The notes under the pieces are model-generated. The model saw nothing but the letters and a program-made list of their open reading frames with translations, was not told where the DNA came from and searched no databases. The translations under genes were made by a program, and so were the position numbers. A DNA stretch of 64,000 nucleotides from NCBI GenBank assembly GCA_964463985.1, contig CAYXEK010000004.1, forward strand, positions 18,820 through 82,819. Direction: 5' to 3'. Positions 55,057 through 64,000 of the stretch are shown one piece after another (position 1 is the stretch's first letter; every line of letters begins with the position of its first letter). The stretch is from an uncultured Verrucomicrobiota bacterium. Lineage in GTDB: Bacteria > Verrucomicrobiota > Kiritimatiellia > JAAZAB01.

Positions 55057-56778
55057 TCAAGTTGTACCAACCAGGCTTTTTTGGAGCGCCTGCAGCAAGG
55101 CCGGCGCATCGGATGCCTGCCGGAGATTTTCGCGCGTACCTTCCCGCAGCATGCCCGCCGCGATGGCGGCCAGCAGTTGCACGTGTATGTCCTCGGCGCC
55201 GACGGGCGTAGCCAGCAGGAACACGCTGTCAACAGGCAACCCGTCCGGCGCATCCCAATCAATTCCGTCCCGCGCCCGCCCGAATGCCAGCACGGGATTT
55301 TTCAAGCCTTCAATGCGCGCATGCGGAATGGCCACTCCCGCGCCGACCGCCGTGCCGAATTCGCGCTCGCGTTGCAGGATTTGTTCTTCCAGCCGGCTCT
55401 GCCCGGCCGGCCCCATGCGGTTCGCCAGGGCGCCGGCAATTTCGCGGATGGCGTCTTCCCGATTGGAAGCGGCCAGTTCCGGCAGCACAGCGTCCGCCGC
55501 CAGGAAATGCGCCGGCGCCGCCGCGGCCCGGCGCGCCAGGGACCGCGCCATCCAGGGACCCACCAGTATCGAAGAAAAAACGGCGCTGAACACAATCGCC
55601 ACGAATACCGTGGAGGTGATCAAGCCGGCTTCCATGGCCAGGAGCGCCACCACGATTTCCATCATGCCGCCAGGGGTGTGGGCGATGGCGATCAGGTCGC
55701 GGTTGATGCGCGGCAAGCGGGCGGCGGCCACGCCCAGCCATGCTCCCAGGTAACGTCCGGCGATGCCCACCCCGCACATCAAGGCCACCAGCGGCGCGTC
55801 GAAATCGGCAATGAAGTCAATCTTCAACCCGATATTGGCAAAAAACAACGGCACAAACAGGGCGTGCACCATTTGCGAAATCACGCCGCGGGTCTGCTCG
55901 GAAAGACTCTTGGCTTCGCCGATCACCACGCCGGCGATGAAAAAGCCGAACAAGGCGTGAATGCCGAGTTTCTGGGTTAAAGCCCCGAAAAGCAGGCCCA
56001 GCAGCACCGTAATCGTTAACGAGACGGCGGGATCGGCCAGGCGGCGGCGCTTTAAATAATCAAAGGCGCGGGTCGAAATTTTCCGCCCCAGTGTGAGCGC
56101 GAGGGCGGCAAATCCCACCGTGCTGGCGAAAACCAAAACCACGGCGCCGGCATTCATGGCAGCCTGGGTAAAAACACCCATGATGATTGTGAACAACACC
56201 CAGCCCACAATGTCGTTGACCGTCAGAGCGGACATGATGAGGAAACCGAGGTCGGCTTTCAGCAACTTGAGATCGTGCAGCACCCTGGCGGCGACCGGCA
56301 TGGCGCTGATCGTCATCACGGCGGCCATGAACAAGGCAAAAACGATGCGCCGCCCGGGATTGACCATGTAGCTTCCCGGCAGCCATATAACCGCGGCGAA
56401 AGCCGCCGCCATCGGAATGACAATGTCAAAAACCGCGATGATGAATGCGCTGCCGCGCTGCCGCCAGGCAATTGAAAAGTCCATTTCCAGACCCGTGTCC
56501 AGCAGCAGCAGCAGGACGCCGATCCAGGCGACAGTATCCAGCATGGCCTGCTGCACGGCCTCGGCGGGGAACAACGCCTGCTGGAGACCTGGAGCTAAAC
56601 GGCCGAGCACGGTCGGTCCGAGCAGAATGCCTACTAAAATTTCCGCCGTCAATGCCGGCTGTTTCCAGCGGCGCAGCCATTCGCCCAGGCCGCGCGCGCA
56701 CCCCATCAGGATCAACAACTGCAGCAGAAACAGGTAAATATGCGTTTCGTCCAGGTAATGCATGCAATGCTCCGACAT
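55057..56778 (-). CDS. cation:proton antiporter fused to a C-terminal PTS EIIA(2) domain
   Basis: QP.L.AEIL.GILLGP, ISAMPV.ARVL, ALTVND, FVPLFF..IG; C-terminal RE..FGTAVG.GVAIPHAR...WDAPDG.PV..VFLL...H..LLAAIA. Confidence 0.88.
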   Translation of the reverse strand: MSEHCMHYLDETHIYLFLLQLLILMGCARGLGEWLRRWKQPALTAEILVGILLGPTVLGRLAPGLQQALFPAEAVQQAMLDTVAWIGVLLLLLDTGLEMDFSIAWRQRGSAFIIAVFDIVIPMAAAFAAVIWLPGSYMVNPGRRIVFALFMAAVMTISAMPVAARVLHDLKLLKADLGFLIMSALTVNDIVGWVLFTIIMGVFTQAAMNAGAVVLVFASTVGFAALALTLGRKISTRAFDYLKRRRLADPAVSLTITVLLGLLFGALTQKLGIHALFGFFIAGVVIGEAKSLSEQTRGVISQMVHALFVPLFFANIGLKIDFIADFDAPLVALMCGVGIAGRYLGAWLGVAAARLPRINRDLIAIAHTPGGMMEIVVALLAMEAGLITSTVFVAIVFSAVFSSILVGPWMARSLARRAAAAPAHFLAADAVLPELAASNREDAIREIAGALANRMGPAGQSRLEEQILQREREFGTAVGAGVAIPHARIEGLKNPVLAFGRARDGIDWDAPDGLPVDSVFLLATPVGAEDIHVQLLAAIAAGMLREGTRENLRQASDAPALLQALQKSLVGTT

Positions 56779-56841
56779 CCCCCGGCCATTTCAAGTCCAT
56801 GATTTTTAGACAGGCGCCGCACCGCGCGGCGACATTGCCCT

Positions 56842-57822
56842 TTATCCCGCCAGGATCGCCTCGGCGGCGGCGCCGGCAGACGCAAGCCGGCAGACGCCGA
56901 CGGCAGCGGGCAGAAAAACCGAACTGCCGGCGGGCAATTCGCTTTTCCATCCACCCGGCGCCGTCAGCAGCACTGCGCCGGAAACGACAAACAGCGCCTG
57001 GCAGCGGTCCGATTCCGGCAAAGCCGCAGGCGGATCAGCCGCAGCCAGGACCAGCCGTCCAAGATCAAAAAACGGCGTATGGAGGAGAGTCTGCCAATGG
57101 CCGGCGGGCGCCGCCGCCGCGCGCACGATTTCAGGACGCGCCTTCCATTGCAGCGCGCGCAGGGCCTGCTCGACATGCAATTCCCGGGGCTGGCCGTCCG
57201 CGCCCAAACGGCCCCAATCGTACACCCGGTAAGTCGTATTGGAATTCTGCTGGACCTCGAGCAACAGGCAACCGGCGCCGATGGCATGCGCCAGGCCGCC
57301 GGGCACGAAAATCAAATCGCCGCGGGCCACCGGCACTTTTTCCAGCAGATTTTCCACGCTGGCATCGGCCAGGGCACGCCGCAAAGCCGGCTCGCGCACG
57401 CCGGGCTTGAAGCCGGCGTAAACCACGCCGCCCGGGGCGGCGTCCAGAACGTACCAGGCTTCGGTTTTAGGCTCTCCGCCGTGCGCCTCGGCGGCGCGGC
57501 GGTCCGGATGCACCTGGACGCTTAAACGCTCACGGGCGTCAATCAGTTTGATCAGCCAAGGGCATCGCCCGGCCGCCATGGCTGCGCCGAGCGCGTCTGA
57601 TCCGTAGTTGCGAATTATTCGATTCAGCGTCAATCCCGCCAGTGCGCCATCCGCCACCACGCTCGGACCCTCGGGTCGGTCGGATACTTCCCATGATTCG
57701 GCATAAATGCCGGGCGGCAAATCCCGGTGAAAAATTTCCGGAATGCGGCTCCCGCCCCAGACGTAATGCTGGTAAGCAGGCCGCAGCCTCAATGGATACA
57801 GAGCATGGGGGTGTGTTTTCAT
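56842..57822 (-). CDS. manA: class I mannose-6-phosphate isomerase (short bacterial type)
   Basis: VWGG, ESWE.S, LIKLIDA...LSVQVHP, KTEAWY, G..HAIG and EVQQNS..TYR.YD. Confidence 0.88.
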   Translation of the reverse strand: MKTHPHALYPLRLRPAYQHYVWGGSRIPEIFHRDLPPGIYAESWEVSDRPEGPSVVADGALAGLTLNRIIRNYGSDALGAAMAAGRCPWLIKLIDARERLSVQVHPDRRAAEAHGGEPKTEAWYVLDAAPGGVVYAGFKPGVREPALRRALADASVENLLEKVPVARGDLIFVPGGLAHAIGAGCLLLEVQQNSNTTYRVYDWGRLGADGQPRELHVEQALRALQWKARPEIVRAAAAPAGHWQTLLHTPFFDLGRLVLAAADPPAALPESDRCQALFVVSGAVLLTAPGGWKSELPAGSSVFLPAAVGVCRLASAGAAAEAILAG

Positions 57823-58226
57823 CCAGCAGCGTCTCCTCCCGGCGCGGGGCCGGCATGCAATTCAGCGGCGAAAGCGTTCTCCATGGATACGATTTCAAAA
57901 TTCACGTTTTGAGAGAAACCAGCATGCAGGCGTCAGTATCCGGCATCAATGCCAACGGTTTTAGCTCAATGCATTGCCTTGCCGTGAAATGCTGGCTGCC
58001 GTCTGCTGAATGCTGCTTTCAATATCTGACTTTTTAAAGCGACTCCGTTAATTCCAACCCGCCTCGCGCAGATTCGTTAAAATGCGCCGGCGGGGCGTAC
58101 GCAAGTCCGCTGGCCGGATGAGCGCTCCTATGATACAGGTTGAGTTTTTATTTGCAACAGCAGCTTTAAACTGATTTAATCAATTTGATTTTCCCGGCGG
58201 CGCGTTTTTGCGAGGAGGAAGCAGGC

Positions 58227-59087
58227 ATGCGGCACGTTTACCATAAATTCGTTGCTGAACAAGCGCGGTTATTGAATGAAGGCGTATCGTCACGCGGTCC
58301 GCGTCCCGCTCCGGCGGCAGGACGCAAACCGCCGGCGGCGACGGCGCCGCGGGCGTTGATTTTCGCCCCGCATCCGGATGACGAATGCATCATCGGCGCC
58401 CTGCCGTTGCGGCTGTTGCGGGAACTGAGGATGAGCGTGACCGACATCGCCGTCACCCTGGGCAGCCGGAAGGACCGCCGCCAGGAACGCTGGCAGGAAT
58501 TGCGCCAGGCCTGTGATTTCCTGGGATTTGAAACGATCCTGGCCGCGCCGGGCGGCCTGGAGAAAATCAACCTGGACCAACGCCGGCAGCAACCGGACGC
58601 CTGGCGGCAAGCCGTGAAGATCATTGCCGGCCTGCTGTGCCGGCAGCAGCCGCGGGTGATTTTCTTCCCGCACGACGGCGATGCCAACAGCACCCATATC
58701 GGCGTCAACTCCCTGTTAAACGACGCCTTGGCCGAGTCCGGCAAGGATTTCTGCTGCTGGGTATGCGAAACCGAATATTGGGCGCCGCTGGCCAAGCCGA
58801 ATTTAATGATCGAATCCAGCGTGGCGGATGCGGCCGACCTGGTGGCCGCCCTGTCGTTGCACGCCGGCGAGGTCCAGCGCAATCCCTACCACCTGCGCCT
58901 GCCGGCGTGGATGGTTGACAATGTGCGCCGCGGCGGAGAACTGGTGGGCAGCCAGGGCGGCGAACCGCCGCCATTCACCTTCGCCACGCTGTACCGCCTG
59001 CGCAAATGGGTGCATGGCCGCTACGAAGACAGCGCCGGCGGCAGGATGGTGTCCGCCAACGATTCCCTGGAAGAATTTTTCGGGTAA
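58227..59087 (+). CDS. PIG-L/LmbE family Zn-dependent de-N-acetylase
   Basis: FAPHPDDE.I, R..E...AC..LG, FPH..D...TH and L.LH..EV; GAGGAGG upstream. Confidence 0.85.
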   Translation: MRHVYHKFVAEQARLLNEGVSSRGPRPAPAAGRKPPAATAPRALIFAPHPDDECIIGALPLRLLRELRMSVTDIAVTLGSRKDRRQERWQELRQACDFLGFETILAAPGGLEKINLDQRRQQPDAWRQAVKIIAGLLCRQQPRVIFFPHDGDANSTHIGVNSLLNDALAESGKDFCCWVCETEYWAPLAKPNLMIESSVADAADLVAALSLHAGEVQRNPYHLRLPAWMVDNVRRGGELVGSQGGEPPPFTFATLYRLRKWVHGRYEDSAGGRMVSANDSLEEFFG

Positions 59088-59117
59088 AACCGCGCTCGGG
59101 CCCAAGCCGGGAACCGG

Positions 59118-60575
59118 CTATCCGGATACCGCGTTGGCCGCCAGGTAACGCCGATAGGCGGCAGTATATTCCGCTGCGGGGGCGGCCGCGGGATGGAAAA
59201 CTCGTCCGGCACGGTAGAGACTGGCGCTGATTTCCGCCAAGTCCGTTCCCGGCCCGCCCGCGCCGGCCATAGCCAGCATGGCCGCCCCCAGCGCCGCGGC
59301 TTCGGTCGAGGCCGGTCTTTCAATGTCCCGCTCCGATATATCCGCCTGCATTTGCATCCAGAAATCATTGCCGGCGCCGCCGCCGATCACCCGCACAATT
59401 TCCGCCGGCAGCCCATGCCGGCTGAACAATTCCAGGTTCTCGCGCAGGCAAAAAGCCAGCGCTTCCAGCAAGGCCCGGTAAACATCGCCCCGGGTATGCC
59501 GCAGTGTAAGATGCAACACCGCCCCGCGCATGGCGCCATCCGGCGCCGGTGAAATCCGCCCGTCAAAGTGCGGACAGACGGTCAACCCCCGGCTGCCGGG
59601 CGGCACAGCCTGAGCGGCGGCATTTAATTCGTTGAAAGTTAAATGTCCGCCTAATTCGCGCCGGAACCAATCCAGCAGCACCCCGGCGGTTTTGGCGAAC
59701 GCCAGCCGGTAACGCAAATCCGGCAAGGGGAACTTGCCGTCAAAAATTCCCGGCGGCAGCAGGCCGGACGGACCGCGCGCCAGGGTCAGCAATGCCAGAC
59801 AGGTGCCGAAGGTCACGGTGACAATGCCGGGGCGGCAATTGCCGGCGCCCAGCGCCCCGGCATACTGGTCATTGGTGCCGACCACCAGCAAGGTTTCCGG
59901 CGACAGTCCCCAATCCGCGGCGCGGTCCGGCAGGATCAGGCCCACTGGCGTGCCGGGCGGCGCGACTTCCGACATCTGTCCGCGGGCGATGCCGCAGGCT
60001 GCCAGAGCCGCCGCGCTGAAATCGGCGTTTTTTTCCAGATACAAACCTGTGGAACCGGCGGTATTATCGTCCACCATCGCCCGGCCCGCGAGGTGATAGG
60101 CAAAATAATCCGGCAGCAAGAGATAACGCCGCGCTCGGCGCAGGCGTTCGGGGAAATGCTCCTTCAGCCACATGATCTTGGCCACGGTGGCAATTGGCGC
60201 GACGCCTTCAATGCCGACCCGCCGGGCGGCGAAAAGCGCGGTCAATTGCTCCGCCTGCGCCGTGGCGCGGCTGTCGTACCACATGATAGCCGGGTACAGC
60301 GGCCGGTCCGCTTCGTCCAAAGCCGCGAACGTCTGCCCCTGGGAGGAAACCGCCATGGCCCTTACCGCCCCCCCGGACCCGCGCAATGCCGAGCGCACCG
60401 CTGCCTGCGCCGCCGCGTGGATGGCTTCTATCGGCGCCTCCGCCCAACCGGCGGCGGGAGCGGCGGGCGCATAGACGGCGCGGCCGAATCCCCGCGCGCG
60501 GCCGGCGCGGTCAAAGGCCGCCGCCTTGGCGCTGGTGCCGCCCAAATCCAGTCCCAGGTATAATTCGGATTTCAA
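59118..60575 (-). CDS. FGGY family carbohydrate kinase
   Basis: LGLDLGGTSAKA, SSQG, WYDSR, K..WL, GTNDQYAG, TFGT and GGGA.ND.WMQ..ADI. TTG start lies inside a heptamer repeat. Confidence 0.9.
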   Translation of the reverse strand: MKSELYLGLDLGGTSAKAAAFDRAGRARGFGRAVYAPAAPAAGWAEAPIEAIHAAAQAAVRSALRGSGGAVRAMAVSSQGQTFAALDEADRPLYPAIMWYDSRATAQAEQLTALFAARRVGIEGVAPIATVAKIMWLKEHFPERLRRARRYLLLPDYFAYHLAGRAMVDDNTAGSTGLYLEKNADFSAAALAACGIARGQMSEVAPPGTPVGLILPDRAADWGLSPETLLVVGTNDQYAGALGAGNCRPGIVTVTFGTCLALLTLARGPSGLLPPGIFDGKFPLPDLRYRLAFAKTAGVLLDWFRRELGGHLTFNELNAAAQAVPPGSRGLTVCPHFDGRISPAPDGAMRGAVLHLTLRHTRGDVYRALLEALAFCLRENLELFSRHGLPAEIVRVIGGGAGNDFWMQMQADISERDIERPASTEAAALGAAMLAMAGAGGPGTDLAEISASLYRAGRVFHPAAAPAAEYTAAYRRYLAANAVSG

Positions 60576-60598
60576 ATCTCAGATCTCAAATTTCAGAT
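60564..60598. repeat. five imperfect heptamers (TTCGGAT TTCAAAT CTCAGAT CTCAAAT TTCAGAT)
   Basis: Read directly. They span the isomerase stop, the 17-bp spacer and the kinase start. Confidence 0.8.
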
Positions 60599-61981
60599 AT
60601 CCGCAACGTCCCAGCCCATTTCCGCGCCGAAACCGTTTAACACATCCACTTGCGCCCCATATACCAGGGCGGCATGATGCGTGCCGCCGGCGCGGCTGTA
60701 TGCGGCTAAAAATTCCGGCAAAGGCGGCTGGGGATGATACCATCCATGCACCGTACCGGCCAGGGCATCGCGCCCGCGGGGCGCCATCATCCGGCCCGGG
60801 GCCAGAATCAATCGGAATCTGCCGGAACCGAGCGGAGCCAGATTGACGAAAACGGCGGAGCCGCTCCTGAAACAGCCTACCGGCCGAACCGGGTTGGCCG
60901 CGCGGCCGAAGGTGAAATCATACTCCTCCAGGCGCGGCCGGCGGGCGGCCAGCCGGATGTTCCATTCGCCCATGTGGCTCAGAAAAACCCGGTTGCCTTT
61001 CCAGTCCGGGCAAAACATTTCCGTAAACGTGGTGTCAGGGTAGACGCGCAGCAAGGCTCCCACCAGCGCCGCGGTCAGGACGTCCCCCTCCCCGGCGTAA
61101 CCGGTCCCCCGCCCCATGGCCAGGCCGGCTTCCAGAAACGGCATGACCGCCAAGCTCCGGCCGGGGCCCACCGCCAGAAAATTAACGCTGAACGCTGAAA
61201 GGTTTTCCTGTTCCAGCCAGCGCCGCACGGCCAGGCCGGCATGCACGGAACGCCGGTGCGCCGCGGCCGCCGCAGGTTCGATTTGGAAGAGCTTGCCATG
61301 CGCTGCAATCTCCCGGTTGACAGCCGCGGCGGAAACGCCGCGCGCCAACCTTTGCAAAACTCCCGGGCGGGCGTTGACCACCGTGATGCCCGGCTGCCTG
61401 CGCAATTCCTTTTCCGGCACGCAAAAATCGCCCATGCCCCTGAACGGCGTCCCGATCCGCCCGACGCGCGCCCGGCGCAGGCTGCCGGCGATGGCGGCCG
61501 CGCGCAACCGCGCGGCCACGCGGTCCAGCACGTCGGATTTCCGCCAGTGTCCGGCTTCAATGGCGAACCGCTTGCCGCGGCGCAACAGCAAATTGCACAT
61601 ATCCTGCACACCGTGAATGCCGTGGTTGCGCATGATCGCCGCAGGCTTTTGCAACGGCCCGAAATCCCAGTCAGGGGTGGTATCCAAAACGATGATCGGC
61701 AGACTGGTGGCCGCCAAGGTCGCCGCCGATTCCAAAGACGGCGAATAGGCCAGGTGCAAAGTCACCAGCGCGTCCGCCCCTGCGGCTTCAAAAGCCTTCA
61801 CCGCGCGGCGGAATTCCGGCGCCAACCGGCAGACCGGCGCGGTGACGACATCCAATCCCTTATGCCTCAGCGCTTCCGCCACGTTATGATAATATTGCTC
61901 CAGCGCCGGACGGAGAGCGGGCGCCGCCCGGTCATATAATTCCAGGTAAAACGGCAACAGTCCGATTTTCATGCGTTGCAT
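60593..61981 (-). CDS. L-arabinose/L-fucose isomerase-like protein
   Basis: GYAGEGD, TFTEM, LSHMGE and GTHH match the AraA-type catalytic and metal residues. Confidence 0.78.
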   Translation of the reverse strand: MQRMKIGLLPFYLELYDRAAPALRPALEQYYHNVAEALRHKGLDVVTAPVCRLAPEFRRAVKAFEAAGADALVTLHLAYSPSLESAATLAATSLPIIVLDTTPDWDFGPLQKPAAIMRNHGIHGVQDMCNLLLRRGKRFAIEAGHWRKSDVLDRVAARLRAAAIAGSLRRARVGRIGTPFRGMGDFCVPEKELRRQPGITVVNARPGVLQRLARGVSAAAVNREIAAHGKLFQIEPAAAAAHRRSVHAGLAVRRWLEQENLSAFSVNFLAVGPGRSLAVMPFLEAGLAMGRGTGYAGEGDVLTAALVGALLRVYPDTTFTEMFCPDWKGNRVFLSHMGEWNIRLAARRPRLEEYDFTFGRAANPVRPVGCFRSGSAVFVNLAPLGSGRFRLILAPGRMMAPRGRDALAGTVHGWYHPQPPLPEFLAAYSRAGGTHHAALVYGAQVDVLNGFGAEMGWDVADI

Positions 61982-62025
61982 CTCCCCATCTGCGTTAATT
62001 TGCGCAATCTGCGGACGTCATTCGG

Positions 62026-63279
62026 TCAGGCCGGCGCATCCCCCCAGTCCGGCACATCCAGCGCGGCGCCGTCCTGCAAAGCCGACTTATGCGCCATGAC
62101 GCCCATGGCCATGTAACGCGCGGCTTCCCAGATATTGATAGCCGGCTGGCGTCCATGCGCCACCGCATCCACGAATTCATGCACCAGATAAGGATGAGAT
62201 CCGCCGTGGCCCTGGGGCACAAAATCCATGTTTTGCAGGTCGTTGGCATTGAGTTGCTGATGCATGGCGCATTTGAAGGCCGCCTGCACTTCCAACGGCA
62301 GCGGGTCGCGCATTTCTTCCGCCTTCAAAACCACGCTGACGGCTTTTGGCAGATGCTCCAGGTCAATCCGATCCATCGCCGGCCTTTGAATCTCATACCA
62401 GCGGTTTTCGGAGAAAGTTCCCAGCGTCCCCTTGATCCGGAAGGTTTCCGGTTCCTGCCCCAGCAAACCGGGAGACTCCCGCATTTCGGCGATGCGCACC
62501 GCGGCGCCATTGCTCATTTTGAACAATGCCACTTCGTTGCTGAAGGCATCCTTGGCGAAAAACGGATCCTGGTTGCGGTTCCGATAACCGTAAGCGGTAA
62601 CCTTGACCGCATGCGCCTGCATCACGCACACCGGGCCGGAAGTGGAATGCGTCGGATAATGCATCGGCCCGCCTTTGATGCCGCGTTCCCGATATTGCCG
62701 GCTGAGCGTTTCCCATTCCCGGCCCGCGGCGCTGGCGCCGCGGCTGGCATACACCTTTCTCAAATTGCAGCCCGCGTCAACATCGTGGCAATATTCGCCT
62801 TCGGCGTAAACGAAATCGCCGAAGGCGCCGGCCGCGGCCTTCCGGCGGCAGAACATGGCTTGCGGATGGTAGAAGGTCGTCTCGCCCAGCATGTAGCGCA
62901 TGCCGGTGCGGCGGCAGGTCTCTATCAACTTGTCGCACCATCCCAGAATCTCGTCGTCATCCGGAATGGTGATGATCGGCACGGCGCTGTAAACATGCTT
63001 GCCGCTTTCCATGGCCTGCACGCACTGGGGCGCATGCAGCCAGGGCTGGGTGATGATCACCAGGGCGTCCAGGTCGCTTTTGCAGATTGCATCCAGCGAT
63101 GTAAAAGCATCGCGCGGATTGAACTTATCCCGGAAAAATGGATCTGCGGCGAATTTTCTGATCCGTTCCGGCTCGCGATCGCACAGCGCGATGCGGTCCA
63201 CCAGCGGATGGCTCTTGAACAAAGGGGCGAACGCCTTGCCGAAATCCCCCAACCCAACCAATCCCAGACTGATCCCCAT
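62026..63279 (-). CDS. Gfo/Idh/MocA family oxidoreductase
   Basis: GLVGLG.FG Rossmann motif, H......GKHVYS..P, M.GET and Y.TH; GGAG RBS 7 nt before ATG 63279. Confidence 0.88.
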   Translation of the reverse strand: MGISLGLVGLGDFGKAFAPLFKSHPLVDRIALCDREPERIRKFAADPFFRDKFNPRDAFTSLDAICKSDLDALVIITQPWLHAPQCVQAMESGKHVYSAVPIITIPDDDEILGWCDKLIETCRRTGMRYMLGETTFYHPQAMFCRRKAAAGAFGDFVYAEGEYCHDVDAGCNLRKVYASRGASAAGREWETLSRQYRERGIKGGPMHYPTHSTSGPVCVMQAHAVKVTAYGYRNRNQDPFFAKDAFSNEVALFKMSNGAAVRIAEMRESPGLLGQEPETFRIKGTLGTFSENRWYEIQRPAMDRIDLEHLPKAVSVVLKAEEMRDPLPLEVQAAFKCAMHQQLNANDLQNMDFVPQGHGGSHPYLVHEFVDAVAHGRQPAINIWEAARYMAMGVMAHKSALQDGAALDVPDWGDAPA

Positions 63280-63359
63280 GTGCATTCTCCTTCCTGGCGG
63301 CCTTGCGGCCGCGTCCCGGCTTTCTCCTCCGGCCGTATCGGAGCATCAATGCCGGCGCG

Positions 63360-64000
63360 TCAAACTGGCGGCGCCGTCAGGTAATCGTGCGTTTCGGACG
63401 TAAATTGCGACTGCAGTAATTCCGCGTACTTCTGCCGGGAAATCAAGGGCGGGGTATCCTCGATGATGCGCGCAGCGACGCGGGCATCTCCGCCGAGCAG
63501 GTCAATCGCGCACATGGCCAGCAACTTGGCCGGCGTCACGTAAGCCAATTCCTGGTCCACAATGCGGAAATCCGCGGCATGGGCCCGGCCGGCCGCGCCG
63601 CCCAGCCCCGGATGGATGGCCGGCATGATTTGCGTCACATCGCCCATGTCGGTGGAAGACGAACGGTGGGGCAAGAGAGTAATATTGTCAGCGCCGACAA
63701 AGCCGCTTGCATTGCGCTTGAATATTTCCGCCATCGGCTGGCAATCGTGCAGCGGCAGGTAGCCCGGCAGCGACTCTATGACCACTTTTGCGCCCACGGC
63801 CAGGGCGCCGGCATGGTAGGAACGCCGGGTCTTGGCCGCCGCGTCCATTACCGCCTCGAGAATTTTGGCGCGCACCATGGTTTCAATATCCACCCGGCCC
63901 GGCACGGTGCTGACCGATTCGCCGGCCTTCCGGATGACAGGATGAACGCGGACATGATCTTCATCCTTGAATGTTTCCCGTTGCGCGTGAATGGCCTGCA
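63360..64000 (-). CDS. M20 family amidohydrolase, C-terminal part (5' end beyond window)
   Basis: The open frame runs off the right end: AQRETF......RVHP.I.K.G..V..VP, SSTDMGDV....PAIHP, AHAADF. Confidence 0.82.
   Translation of the reverse strand, partial: QAIHAQRETFKDEDHVRVHPVIRKAGESVSTVPGRVDIETMVRAKILEAVMDAAAKTRRSYHAGALAVGAKVVIESLPGYLPLHDCQPMAEIFKRNASGFVGADNITLLPHRSSSTDMGDVTQIMPAIHPGLGGAAGRAHAADFRIVDQELAYVTPAKLLAMCAIDLLGGDARVAARIIEDTPPLISRQKYAELLQSQFTSETHDYLTAPPV

Noticed and set aside
57823-58226. Structured ncRNA in the 400-bp manA/PIG-L spacer
   Set aside because: Only a short palindrome (TCAAAA-N6-TTTTGA) and AT-rich promoter-like DNA were seen; no recognisable RNA family.
60593-61981. 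Calling the isomerase araA and the kinase araB or xylB
   Set aside because: The catalytic residues fit the fold, but substrate cannot be inferred from them and the context lacks other ara genes, so symbols were withheld.

Overview
This GC-rich bacterial window has no integrase, transposase, rRNA or CRISPR array. The gene repertoire suggests a PVC-superphylum organism such as Kiritimatiellota or Lentisphaerota (inference). In order: (1) 1-1950, an AT-richer stretch with a PD-(D/E)XK nuclease and two small ORFs. (2) 2156-13721, an IclR-led catabolic cluster without evident signal peptides: SIS protein, beta-propeller, GH78-like enzyme, two GH42-like TIM barrels and a QueG/reductive-dehalogenase-like Fe-S protein. 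(3) 13839-17077, a stand-alone double-Cache lipoprotein, an NCS2 permease with a charge-reversed binding site and an amidohydrolase that runs into tRNA-Leu(CAA). (4) 17.7-33.8 kb, housekeeping and envelope genes: rnd, divergent lpxC, gpmI, DHH, tandem fabZ, a 19-repeat solenoid lipoprotein, speAB, DMT, TPR and an amidase. (5) 33.8-43.3 kb, an AraC-associated cluster with a DegT aminotransferase, three IolE/xylose-isomerase-like barrels and three neutral-ceramidase-fold hydrolases, probably for amino-cyclitol or amino-sugar catabolism. (6) An AzgA-like permease, a hybrid kinase, guaB, mlaEFD (mlaD with a recent 162-bp duplication), MATE, an antiporter-EIIA fusion and a PMI. (7) A further sugar-catabolic block at the right end. 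Intergenic DNA is rich in REP-like hairpins and 6-9 bp periodic repeats. All family assignments come from motif recognition by eye; no searches were run.
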